A DNA stretch of 62,661 bases, counting the filler, from Circinaria calcarea (taxonomy: Eukaryota), in the NCBI GenBank assembly GCA_051942165.1. It is 3 parts of 3 records of this genome, joined end to end, with 100 filler letters (N's around TTAATTAATTAA, not from the genome) between each part and the next. Parts side by side here need not be neighbours in the genome. Positions count along the whole stretch, not along the records: positions 41,895 to 62,661 come from JAVECS010000163.1; 2 more parts are not named here. One strand, written 5' to 3'. The notes below the pieces were generated by a model. The model was not told the DNA's origin and made no database searches. It was given only the letters and a program-made list of their open reading frames with translations. Positions 48,506 to 60,522 of this stretch are shown here, piece after piece. Numbering within the stretch: the first letter of the stretch is position 1; the number at the start of each line of letters is the position of its first letter. A program made the translations under genes and the position numbers.

Positions 48506-50097
48506 AATACCTTCTACTGTCTTATGATTCATGTTGGATTCAGAGTAATCGACACTTTGTTCACGAGGGTCTGGGCATCAGGCAGACCTTGTGAGATGAA
48601 GGAAGATAATGTATAAGTAGCGTAATGGGTTTTGTTGACTGGCGGGGCGTTCAGGGCAAGGGATTCACAATCTCGCCGTTATCTCTTTGTCTGGACACAG
48701 ACTTCGCTTCACATACAGACGGCACGGGGGATACCTTGGGAGTTGACTACAGAGGTCTGCGGTTAAATGATGTTTGGATGTACAGAACGCCTTCGGCTTG
48801 GATGGGCGATTTGGATAGCTGATAAAAGCGTATCACGGATTGGTGCTCTTTCTTCATACATCATAGCCACTTTTAGCTATGATCTAGGGAGAGGTAGGGT
48901 TTGGACTACCCTCAAATCTATAATAATCATTTGTGAGAATCTCCAAACCTAATGCAATCATAGACGTGATGGCATTTCACAGGACAGCTTGGTCTTTGTA
49001 TTCAGGCAGCTCCGGAATAGGAAAAGTCGTCCTGTCGCTTATCGCGTTAAACAGGGCTTGCCGCGGAACAAGGCCATAGAGACGATAGATAGGTAGTCAA
49101 CGTTCCCCAAATCAAGTCGAAGTATCCGGATTTCCCAAATCTAAGTTCTTGAGTGCCCGATGTCCTCATTTCATTGTTGCCCTTCACCGTTTGAATAATA
49201 TAATCCCCCGGGACGTAGCTATAGGCCTAGAGTCCGTCACATATACTGCTATACTACTCATCATGCCTAATGCTAAACTCAAGAGAAGTTGCCAGCCTTG
49301 CATTCATGAAATAACGAGCGTAAGACCGGGTGAATCAGATACACTTCAGGAACACAGAATATAGCGTTGTCCTCTAGCGTATAAGGCATCGACACCGGCA
49401 AAGTTTCTATATCAGTAGCAAGACAGCATCAACATTCTAGCGGTCGTTTAATTCTCTTGAAGTGGTTAAACTTCGGTGCGGCGCAATGATTCGCCTATCT
49501 ATGTTCTCTATGTTTTGATATGGAATTGTCCAAACAAACAGCAAGTCTCACTCTTCTTCACTTTGGCATTCCTATTGCTCGCTGGCAGCATTGCTAAGAA
49601 TAGTTTCTTGCTTAAGCTTTCTGTGTACCTTTCCCCAATTGTACATTGACTATCGTGTGAGACTCATGAGGTGGTCGCTTTGGTTAATTTGTTGCTGTAG
49701 TTGGGAAGGTGCGTCTTCTGAAATGCACGGCTTGAAGCCTGGTCTGACATCTTCTTCCATGGCTGTATAGACCTGTTACCTTAGGTAGCCTTGCAGCAGT
49801 TGTTGTATTTCTTACGTCGCTAAGCCATTCTGAACGGTCGAGGCGTCAAACCGCTGTCGTTGCTCAGCTCCAAATACACCAGTCATCAGTATATCTCAAT
49901 TGGGAGAGCTATTGGAAGAGAATGGTACGATACGATCGCCTTTCAGCTATCTGATAGATTACATACGGTGGAAACAACGGTTTCAGCCAACCTGGCTCTG
50001 GTTGCACCATTGATACTTGCAAAGTCCAACCATTACGGCCGCGGCTGTTGGCCCAGAATTCCAAACCAGTTGTGCAGTCTCTAAAGCCAGATCAGCA

Positions 50098-53000
50098 ATG
50101 GCGCCTGTTGTAATCCATCAAAATGCTCAAGAACAGCGTCTTCCACAGCGTCAGCCTTTAATGGACACTACGACGAGAGTGAACAATCATCAGTCCTCAT
50201 CTACTCAATATCCTTCCTCAACCATACCGTCTTCTCCTGGGTTGCCGCACCATGAATCACTCAAGCCTGGAGGCATTCTGCAGAGACCAGTCAATCCAAG
50301 CTCGCCAACTATAACTGCTGAGAATAAACGCATCTCTGCACTTACAGACGAAAGCCATCAAAATACCAATCGCAACTCGCAGATTTCTACATCCACAAAT
50401 GCGTCCAATAAAGGAAGACGGAAAATATACGTTGGGCCATGGCATCTTGGAAAGACGCTGGGCAAGGGTTCCACAGGGAGAGTGAGGAGTGCGAGGCACA
50501 AGCTAACCGGTCAAGTTGCTGCGATTAAGATCGTTAGTAAGAAGTCGGCACAGTTGGTACAAAGTAAGAGCATTGCGGGAATGGACCGGATGCTTGCCCA
50601 AAGGCCTGTGCGAAATGGACGAAGATTCATGCCATTTGGCATCGAGAGGGAAGTCGTTATCATGAAGCTGATAGAACACCCTAATATCATCAGCTTGTTC
50701 GACGTATGGGAGAATAGAGGTGAGCTGTAAGTACCAATCTTTTGGCCTGAAAATGTTCAGATCAGCACTCAAATGCTCTTTTAGGTACCTTGTATTGGAA
50801 TACGTCGAAGGGGGCGAGCTGTTCAATTATATCTCAGAAAATGGGAGGCTTTCCGAACAGGAAGCTGTGCGTATTCATCGCCAGATAATATCTGGTTTGG
50901 GGCACTGCCATCGCTTTCAAATCTGTCACAGAGACCTGAAACCGGAAAACATTTTGATGGATAAAAATCTGAATGTCAAGATTGTTGACTTTGGAATGGC
51001 AGCACTGCAGCCCGCCGGCAGTTGGCTCGAGACATCTTGTGGCAGCCCACACTATGCATGTCCAGAAATCGCCAGCGGAAGGAGATACCAAGGCGTTCAG
51101 GCTGACATTTGGTCTTGCGGTGTTGTGCTATATGCCATGCTTGTGGGAACGTTACCCTTTGGCACTGGAGATGAAAGAGAAACCGTTGACTCGGTACTGG
51201 AGGAGGTGCAGAGAGGCGAGCTCCGTTTCCCACGAGAAGTGAGTAACACAGCGAGAGATCTGATATGGAGGATATTGCAGCGAGATCCCAATCAGCGTAT
51301 ATCACTGGAACAGATGTGGCAGCATCCTTTACTACGTAGGTACGAGGCTTTCGCTAATCACCCTCACCATGCTTCGAGGTGGATAGGTGGTCCTCCACAA
51401 CCATTGAGGAACGAGGATTGTGGCCCTCCTCTTAAGGACAGGGCGAGCATTGAAGACGAAATACTGGGAAATCTTTGCACACTGTTCTATCAGGCTGGAG
51501 AGAAGGCGATCATTGAGAAGCTATTGTCGAATCAGTACGTTACTCTCGTCCCCCACTCCGAAAAGTACTTTCTTAGTACATGTGCATGAATTTCCGTACA
51601 TACAGTTCGAGATCTGACCGTTTCACAGGCCGAACTACGAAAAGGTGTTCTACTATAGTCTGCTTAGGTTTCGTGAAGAGCAACTAGAAAATTACGAAGG
51701 CCCGCAAATCGAACTGTCGGCAAGTGACTATCATCACGTCCAAAGACCGGCTGTTCAGCGGTCAGCAACCCGGTTATCACTTCAAGGTCCCGGTCATCTT
51801 CGACGTCGCTCCCAGTTCTCAATTCAGAGCGATAACCTGCGTCATACTAGCCAGAATTCTCGACGTCAGCCTAGTGTAGCGGAGACGGAACAAAGCTATG
51901 ATCCCTTCAGGCCTTCACGTCGCCAGATTATCAGTGCTAAAGCCGACCATGCAAAAATCACTGTGCTTCGGGGTTCATCGGACGCTTCACAGGGTCGACG
52001 AACACCGAGTAATGCGGCATCTCTTCGTCATCCGGCGCTTGTAAGAGTACAGGGAGAAGAAATGCCTAATATACCTAGTTCACCTCCACCCCTACCTTCG
52101 AGTTATAACGGGCGGACACCTCACTCGAAGGAAGAGCATATTGGAAGGATACATTCTCGTAGTTCTCTTGCAAGCTCGCATCGCCAGCGCACGAGCTCTG
52201 CTGGTATACGGAAATCTATGAGCTACAAACGAGGTGTCAGCTTCAATCATACGCGAAAGCGGTCGAGCAGTGACATCTTACCGCCCCAACCATCACGAGT
52301 TCAGCGGATTCCGTCACCGCTTACGTTACAGCAGCGAGGTCGAAATGACCTGGTGCAGCAAAGCTCACCGAATCTTCCTTCACCTAATGCTTTAGACAGT
52401 CCTCAGTATGAATACTCTCAAGCCGTCCGATCGCGCAAAGACACACCGGGCCTTACTCAGGTCCAGGAGTTGGCGTCAAGGAAGTCAAAGACAGCGAGTA
52501 ATTATTGGAAAGAAGAGGCCAGAAAAGTTAGCATCGAGCTATCAAAATTCTGTGACGAGGCATTCAATAGGTCTTCTGTGGCATCAAGTGTGCAAACGGC
52601 CGTTACCACCTCCCCAGGTTCACAGAAAGAGTCTCCCACTACTATAGCATCTATCCAGGGAGTTCCTCCAATACCTTATAGGGAGAGTGCGCAGATGAAT
52701 GGTAGAAGTCGGCTGGATACACGTCCGTTGCCGAGGCGCCCAGCTCCGCACTTAATAGATTCATATACGCAGCGTGAGCTTGCTAAGACAAGAGATCGTC
52801 TTAAGGAGCGGGCTGCTGATCCGGAAGCTGGATTGCCACCTGGGTCGTTAGATGGTGTTATTTCACAATTAGATCGACTGATGGAACCGAGTTCGAAGGT
52901 CTGGCAACGAGAGCTCGAACGGAGAGTGGTTTCGGCCCCAGATTCACAAGCGACGGAGCATATGTCGCTGTCTCCTGTGAAAGAAGAGGACAATCGTGAT

Positions 53001-54510
53001 TCATGGATTACAGCCGATAGCTCCCCTCGAAAATCGACCGCGGCTTATCGAACTGTGTCTGAGCCAATAAGAAAGTTACTTTCTGCGCAAGGAAGACTCC
53101 GAAACGATACGGATGGTAGAACTACGATTCGCATAGTTGACGACGACCCCAATCGGCCACTGTCTCCGATTCGACCCTTGGTTATTCGAAAGCGGAGTGA
53201 GGCATCTATCCCTTCCGACAGGACGGTACAAATGAAGAAGTCTCAGGAAAAGCTTGCCGGAACAAAAATATACTCGGAAAAGCCACAGCTTACCTTCGAC
53301 GACGCAGTGTTTGGTTCCAGCTCTAAACCAGCTCATCGAGACGACCGCAGATCTTCAGGGCTTAGCTTACTTGATAGTACGCTCGACCCAATAGAGGGAG
53401 ACAATCGCAAGGACGATCGTGAGTCTAGAGCAGCCAAGACACTTTCGGGTGAGAGCAAAACAAAGGGATGGTTCCGTCGACACCGGCCAGCTCAGTCAAG
53501 CCAAGAAAGCGATCGACCTCCTACGCCACCCATGAAAGATGACTGGCTGTTACAGGGTATCGATCCGAAAAAGGACGCCAAGTCAAAGAAGAGGGTAAGC
53601 GATGTGCCTAGTGAGGAATCGCAGCGGAGTGAGACTAAGAAGGAGCGAACGAGTGCCAAAGAAAAGTTCTTTAAGATGTTCAGTAAGAGGGACTCACGGG
53701 ATTTCAAGGGTCCTGGGGAGCTAATGTTGGGTGGTAAGCTTCATATTTTGGATTGGGCATTACTGAAAGGACTAACCTTTTTTCACAGATAATGAGCCTG
53801 ACGAAGTTTTGAGTATCACACCATCCAGCAACGCGTCCAACGTCTATATGTCTGGGGCCTTACAGGACTTTGCAAACAGCCCGTCTACGTCACGTCCCAA
53901 GACCAGGAAGAACAATCGGTCCTACGATCCTCCAATTTTGAGATCCATCCAACCTGCTCCGCAGAACTGGCTCGCTCGATTCTTGCACATCAAACCAGCG
54001 ACGAAGATTCTCTGTTTTCAGCTCTCGAATGTTAGAGCAAGACAGGAGGTGGTTGGAATATTAAAAGACTGGAGAAAGTACGGGATGAGAGACATTGCAG
54101 TTGACAAAGCCCGAGCGAGAGTCTGGGCTTCCGTTGCGTCTGAGAACCGTAAGTACCTACCCACACGAAAACACATTCATCCCTTAACCTCATCTCATCT
54201 CCCTCGAATCCTCCCTTTCCTCTCCCCTCCCCAAACATTCACCCACCTTCAAACTAACTCTTTATATCCACCCAACGCAGATCTCAAAATCCGCCCCGTC
54301 TCCCTCGCTATCGAATTCTTCACCGTCCTCGACCGCGGCCGGCGCACCAACCTCTCCATCGCGAGATTCACGCAAGAGAAAGGCGCCAAGAGTAGTTTTG
54401 AGCGCGTATTGGGAACTTTGGAGGGTGTGCTGGGGGGTCGTGATGTTCTGGTTGTGGACCGCAGGCGGAAGAGGGAGATGGAGAGTGTGTTGAGGGAGTT
54501 TGCAGGATGA
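50098..54510 (+). CDS. GIN4: Nim1/Gin4/Hsl1/Cdr2-family Ser/Thr protein kinase, 5 exons
   Basis: GPWHLGKTLGKGSTGRV, MPFGIEREVVIMKLIEHPN, HRDLKPEN, DFG, LETSCGSPHYACPE; C-terminal KA1-like region (NWLARFLHIKP..ARFTQEKGAKSSF). Introns 50727-50784, 51535-51628, 53734-53788 and 54149-54280. Confidence 0.92.
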
Positions 54511-54639
54511 GGATAAGATGAAATGAAGAGGGGATGCAGTTGGAGGTGGAGATGAAGGGGAAGGAAAGGCATACATTCGCGAAAGATTAAAGGTTTGGAG
54601 ATTACTACGATATGGATACGGATACGAGACGGGATGAGA

Positions 54640-54892
54640 CAAACGACGAAACGAAACGAACGAAACGAAAGATACGAACGATACGAACGATACGAAACGG
54701 GAATGGTTGGATACGGGCAGCTCCAGCCTTTTTGCCTTTCTTGTCGACTTTTGACTCGATTGGAGCGTTTTTTTTGGTTTTTTTTTGTGGTGCCAGAAAA
54801 CTGGATAGAATCAGGGAAATTGTGTACTAGTACTTGTTGCTTTTTTTTTCTTTTTCTCTCTCTCTCTCTCTCTCTCCCTCTCCCTCTCTCCC
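54640..54892. repeat. Simple-sequence cluster: (ACGAA)n, (GATACGAAC)x3, poly-T, (TC)n
   Basis: Direct reading of the convergent intergenic region. Confidence 0.85.
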
Positions 54893-55291
54893 TCGAGTGG
54901 CCCACCTTTCCGTATGTAATGCAAATGCACTGGGTAATGGACAATGGATGCCATGCAGAAGATGAAAGGAAAAAGGAAGAGAAGGGGGGGGCGGGGGGGG
55001 GAGGATGGAAAATAATGGCGCCTAGGCTACGATTAATTGGTTTGGTGGTAGCTGGTTGCAGGATGATTGATACGCTGGCTTGCTGTACTTTTTTTTTTTC
55101 ACACTTGTTCTAGGTAATCGAAATTAGAAAAAAAATAAAAAATGGAAAATCTTCATTTTTCATTGACTGCAAGCAAGTAAGTGCGAAGAAAGGATTCGGA
55201 ACCGGATTTTATTTCATTCATAATATTTTGATTAATCTACCGTGTGGTATCGAAAAGGGTTGTCTAATCTAGTCCCGCTACCTACTACCCA

Positions 55292-56938
55292 CTACCCACT
55301 CGCTCTCTCCTCCTCCCCTCCCCTCCCGCCATAAACGCCCCCGTCCAGAATCAACGCTTCATTGTCGTCGTCGTCGTCTTGGACCCGCCGCCACGTGCTC
55401 TTGCTGTTGCTATTGCTGTTGCGATTGCGCGGCCGGTTTTCCTTGTCTTCGCCTTCCGCTTCTCCTTCTTCGTCATTGTTATAGGTGGCGGTTTCTTTGC
55501 CTTTCGGTGGCCGCCAGACCGGATGGATGAGAGAGCCGAGGAGGGGGTTTTTGCTAAAGGCGCCGGTTCCGGTTCCTGTCCGACCGTTTGTTGGGGCGTT
55601 CGGGATTTCGTTATCGTCTTCGTTATGGGAAAGGCCGAGTTCCTCCTCGCTCCTCCGCCTCTCACCCATTCGTTTCACGACTTTCCCACCCACAAGATCC
55701 ACACTCACCACCATTCGCCGTTTCTCATACTCGGGTTTTGCGTTCCACTCCTGTTCTCTTAGCACCTTTTGTTGCCGCTTCAGCTGCGCGGCGCGCTCAA
55801 CAGGACTGGCCCACATGCTTTGCCCTATCGAGGGCGTTTCGAAATCCGCGGCTTCGTCAATGATGTGCGTGCGGCGGGCGTTTTGGGCTTGGTAGCTCAA
55901 GAGGCGGTTTTTGTGTTCGCGGGCCATGGAAAGAGACGAGGAAGAGGAGGTGGAGTCGGGTTCTGGAGTCGAAGGGGCTTGGAAGGCGCGAGGGGTCTTG
56001 GCGATGTCGGCGCGTCGTTGGGAGGAGTTATTTAGGTCCATTTTTTCCCGGCCGCGTTCTTCGCGGAGAGCGCGCACCATGGATTGAATTTCTTCCTGGG
56101 AAAGTAGAGGAGAGGAACAAAATGTGCAGGGGCCGATGCCTTCTTTTACGCAGATGATCTTGCCGCAGTTGAGGCAGTTGGGCGCGGCGGCTAGGAGGGG
56201 GTGACGGGTTGCGAGACAATTGCAGCGGCGTGAAGAGGTGTCGCTTGCTGTGGAGAGGGAGGGGTTTGTTTGGATTTCGAGAGCGCGGATTGCGGAGTCC
56301 AGATCGTTGAGGGTGGTGGAGGCGCCGTGCATGGAGGTTCCGCCTGCGAGAGCGATTTTGGTCTTTGGAGCTGGCGAGGAGGTCCGTGAGGAGGTGCGTG
56401 ATGTTGTGCGTACATTGGGAAGGGAGGAGATGAGGCTACCGGCTGCTGATGGAGGAGGTTTGGGTGAGGCAGTACGGGAGGTTAAAGTAGTTGAGTTGGT
56501 GGGGATAGGGAGTTGGCGGGCGGAGGGTTGGGGGTCTAGAGCGAGGGCATTGGCGAGTGGAGGTTGCTTGTTCGAGCGCTGGGAGCCTGGCATATAATCG
56601 CCTCCATCTTTTTTCTGGTACGCGCCTTCGACGTTTCCATAATCATCAGGTCTGCGAGGTGGAGGTAGTTTGTTCAGAGGTGCCTTTTTCTTCCGGGGTC
56701 TGCTTGGGACTTCAGAAGGTTGACTAGTAGACGAGGTATCCCTAGGAGCATCACGACGGGAATTGAAGGATGTGATGAATTCCAAAGCTTGTGGAGAATC
56801 CCCCAGGAGGTTTTTGAGATGCTCTGCTACATCTTCTTTGGAGAGGCCGGACGTGTAATCGATTATTTGCGTGAGAGAAGTTTCATCCAGGGGCAGAAGG
56901 CGCGATATTTGAGAGACAGCCCAGGTTGAATTCGCCAT
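55292..56938 (-). CDS. RQT4: C2HC5 zinc-finger protein, RQT4/TRIP4 (ASC-1) homologue
   Basis: N-terminal PWI-like region (LLPLDETSLTQII..HLKNLLGDSPQALEFI..FN); CNCLATRHPL..APNCLNCGKIICVKEGIGPCTFC; HKNRLLSYQAQNARRTHIIDEAADF. Likely ATG 56938. Confidence 0.88.
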   Translation of the reverse strand: MANSTWAVSQISRLLPLDETSLTQIIDYTSGLSKEDVAEHLKNLLGDSPQALEFITSFNSRRDAPRDTSSTSQPSEVPSRPRKKKAPLNKLPPPRRPDDYGNVEGAYQKKDGGDYMPGSQRSNKQPPLANALALDPQPSARQLPIPTNSTTLTSRTASPKPPPSAAGSLISSLPNVRTTSRTSSRTSSPAPKTKIALAGGTSMHGASTTLNDLDSAIRALEIQTNPSLSTASDTSSRRCNCLATRHPLLAAAPNCLNCGKIICVKEGIGPCTFCSSPLLSQEEIQSMVRALREERGREKMDLNNSSQRRADIAKTPRAFQAPSTPEPDSTSSSSSLSMAREHKNRLLSYQAQNARRTHIIDEAADFETPSIGQSMWASPVERAAQLKRQQKVLREQEWNAKPEYEKRRMVVSVDLVGGKVVKRMGERRRSEEELGLSHNEDDNEIPNAPTNGRTGTGTGAFSKNPLLGSLIHPVWRPPKGKETATYNNDEEGEAEGEDKENRPRNRNSNSNSKSTWRRVQDDDDDNEALILDGGVYGGRGGEEERASG

Positions 56939-57728
56939 GCCAATCTTGTAAGTCCTTCGATTCACGAAAAGTGTAAAGACAAAAGTAGGGGATATAAATA
57001 ACGGTGATTTCAACATATGAATTTCATAGGCTGGTGAGGCTATTCACTGCGGATGTTTCACGTCATCCCGCAGGGAATAAACGCAGCCGCCCAGCGCTTA
57101 GGATATCAAAGTCACCTCACAAAGACAATGTCGCTGATGACCAGGTCAATAACTACCCTACTGTACTGAGTAATCAAAATTAAACTTGTCTGTGGGCTTT
57201 GCTGATTTACTCAAATGTGCTTTTCAAGTTGTTATGAGTATGTGAAATGCTATGCGTAATCCCTAGCCACATAGAACCGGTAAAATTTTTATATGCGGTC
57301 CCTTTCCTTCTAAAATTTGCCATCTTTGAACAAGCACAAGACACGGGAATGTTTTCAATTACAATTAATAGAAAGAGCAATGTATAGATGTTCATTGATC
57401 GGGTAGTGAAGGTTAATCGTCGGCCCTACTCTTCGCTCACGGAAGCAAATCCGAGCGCATTTTGCCCAACTCGGAATCGGCTTGGCGTTGAAAGGATACA
57501 GAGAACAGGAAGGAAAAAGAAGGAAAAAGGATTGTGCAGTTGGGCCATGTGGTGTTCGCATGGACATAATTATTTATGCGTGGATTCTTGGGAACCTAAA
57601 TCATTGAGGTAGGTTTACATTGGTTATTGGAATGTACTATTTCAACATGGGTTCTTGGTCGAATGGTCAGAACTTGCTAATAAATACTTCCCAGACCCTT
57701 TCCGGATTGGACGGCTGTGTGTTCGACC

Positions 57729-57890
57729 CGCCTTCATCGACAAGGCGTATTTGGATGGATGGATGGCATTTTCGGCAACCCTTAACCGACAAGGGTCATT
57801 TGGGAGGTTGGTTGGTTTCGGCAACCCTTAATCGACAAGGGTCAATGGATGGCTGGTTGGCAATGGATGGATGGTTGGCATATTCGGCAA
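57729..57890. repeat. Degenerate ~46-49-bp repeats, each containing a 6-bp stem/7-nt loop inverted repeat
   Basis: CGCCTT-CATCGAC-AAGGCG (57729-57747), ACCCTT-AACCGAC-AAGGGT (57778-57796) and ACCCTT-AATCGAC-AAGGGT (57824-57842), separated by TGGA/TGGT-rich runs ending in TTCGGCAA. Confidence 0.75.
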
Positions 57891-58535
57891 GCACCTTGGA
57901 CCGTAGGACCCCCTGGGTAAGTTCGATTCCCCTCCCTTCCTCAACGACCAAAAACCCATGTTTCTTTTTTTCAAAATTTTTTTTTTTCAATTATTATATT
58001 TGCCCCTTACTCTATAACGTTGCTAGAGGTTATATCGCCAATAAATATTTTACTCAAGTAGATTTTTTTTATAAACCACTTGGTACTTTCTTTTTATTTA
58101 TATAATCTGGATGGCAATATCCCAACTTCCGCATCGTAAGCCTTCTTCTCGTGACGCTAGCTACATAAAATCTATTAAATATCTATAACCACCCTCCGCT
58201 GCCCACTACCTCGCCCTGAAAGCTACCGCGGCAGTTAAATAGATCGCTTTTTGCATCACTTATTTTATCCAAATTCGTATCTGTTTTTCTGACCTTGAGC
58301 GGCGCGGCTTTGGAGCACTGGCACCTTCCCACTGCCTCGCCCACTTAAACCCTCAGGCATTCAACGGCCTATCTATCTGCCCCATGCAACTGCCTACCCA
58401 TCTGCCCATACATCGGCTTCTCCAATATATGGCTTAAGCTTCGTCGTCTCGCTGATGTTTATCACAGGCTCAACTCGGTAGAGCAAGACTTTGTAGCCTT
58501 GGATTTATTGATATCTGTAGTCGATGTCTTCCCTG

Positions 58536-58885
58536 TTACCTCCTCTCCTTCCCGGACTCGGCCTGATATTCGTTCCCTATCCTTCTCCCTTCCAACTCCG
58601 CAATCTTCCTTTCCAGCCCCGTTTTCTTAGTTATCAGGCCTGCGCGCATGGTCTCTAGCTGTGAGATCCGTTCGGTGGGTGTGGCTTTTCGAACTGCAAC
58701 TACTTCCTTCGAGGAGATAAGCAATCAGCTATTGGGCTTTGCATATGCTGATTTGGGGAATCTACAATTACCTTTTTGACTTCTTGCTTCGTCTTTAGCC
58801 CAGCGCCGTACCAAGCCCCTGTTGCGGTGATGGCAGCAATGGAGCCTGTGAGGACTATCCGTCTAAATTGAGGAAATTGGGACAT
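58536..58885 (-). CDS. Small fungal protein (~94 aa), N-terminal TM helix + coiled coil, 2 exons
   Basis: MSQFPQFRRIVLTGSIAAITATGAWYGAGLK..KK|EVVAVRKATPTERISQLE..LERKIAELE; intron 58707-58771. Confidence 0.75.
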
Positions 58886-59240
58886 TGAAGATTGGTTCGG
58901 CGATTAGAAGCAGAGAGGTGCTAGTTATGTAAAACACGCATACTTCGTAGTAGTGATCGCTTAATCCTCGGTGATAGAGTGTGAAGCTCCCCGTCGTTGG
59001 GATAGCGAATGATTTGCTGTTACGGGCGACGCCGATCAAAAAAGACGACTGGGAGTGCCACGGGGGCTTACTCAGAGCAATGCCTGGTGGGGCGGAAGAT
59101 ACCCCTCCAATGATGGGAGTATGTCATAACGGCAGTGCGAGCTGTCGAGTGCACTACGACGCTCTCAAACATGACGCTGTCGCAACCCATCACACTTGTC
59201 CCAAAAATCTTTCTATGAGTTCCCGTTTCTTCCTTCAGCA

Positions 59241-60306
59241 ATGACAACCCCCCGTGCCTTCATCATCCGCCATGGCGAGACAGAGTGGTCCCTCAATGGC
59301 CGTCACACCGGCTCCACCGACATTCCTCTAACGGCCAACGGGGAAAAGCGTGTACGTGCGACGGGAAAGGCTCTCGTAGGCGATGATAGACTCATTGTTC
59401 CCTCGAAGATTGCGCACATGTGCCTGAGACCCATTCCGCTGATTTACTCTGTACATTACTAAACGAACCTCATAGCTACGTATCCCCTCGCAAACGCGCC
59501 CAAAGAACTCTTGAGCTCCTACATCTTGGGTGCCATGACCAACTTCCTTGGCAGGAGAATGGGACTCAGCACGGGGATAAAGACGTCCTGAGGAAGGCAA
59601 AAGTACAGATCACGGAGGATATACGAGAATGGGACTACGGTAACTACGAAGGCTTGACGAGCAAGACGATCAGAGAACAGAGAAGGGAGAGGGGCGAAAA
59701 GGAGGGGTGGGACATTTGGCGGGATGGATGTCCTGGTGGAGAGTATGTCCATACCCAAATGACCGGAACGATGCGATGGATATTGAGGGGATGCTGACGG
59801 AAAGGATATTTGTAGGTCTCCAGAAGACGTGACTGAACGGCTGGACCGGCTGATCGCGGATATCAGGTCGAAGTATCATGGGTGCGTAATGGAGTCCAAA
59901 GAGAAAGGGGCCTGCGGAGATGTCTTGATTGTTGCACATGGGCATATTCTGAGAGCTTTTGCAATGCGATGGATAGGGAGGAAGCTCACAGACGGTGTGT
60001 CTTTACTCTTGGAAGGTAGGCCAACCCAGTTATTCACATGGGGTATTTGTGCTGATCAATATCCAGCTGGTGGTGTTGGGACACTGAGGTATGCAATATT
60101 CCAATCTCTACACCTAAATCTTGTCTGACCATGCTCTCAGCTATGAGCATCATAGCATTGACGAGCCAGCAATATTGTGAGTGTCCCTCGAACACTTTCT
60201 GATGGTTCAAGCTGACAGTCTCAGGCTTGGTGGCGCGTTCATGGTAGATGTGATTGAGAACACGGAAGGCAATGGCTCAACGAGAGCAAACCCGAAGATG
60301 ACATAA
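59241..60306 (+). CDS. SHB17: Histidine phosphatase (PGM family), sedoheptulose-1,7-bisphosphatase-like, 6 exons
   Basis: [57 protein letters not shown]. Introns 59420-59475, 59743-59815, 60016-60066, 60089-60140 and 60177-60224. Confidence 0.88.
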
Positions 60307-60522
60307 TTCAGTACACTATAAAGAGGTCAATGACGGCCGAGAGCGTAAGGCTTCGTTATTCAGGGGTCTAAGTAAGCGGATTAAACCGAACGTAGTGTGA
60401 TGTTGAGAACTACCCAACAAACGTGAAATGTGAGTAGAATGGAACCGAAAGCATCTCCCATCTTTCCCTAGCTTTTCCTCAGCTTCGTCCCTACATCCGA
60501 GGGCCGACTATTACGTGAAGTT

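Noticed and set aside
54249..55113. 231-aa and 172-aa ORFs
   Set aside because: They arise from microsatellites and antisense overlap with the kinase gene.
57895..57940. GTTCGATTCC T-loop-like motif
   Set aside because: The flanks do not form a T-stem and no tRNA structure can be built.
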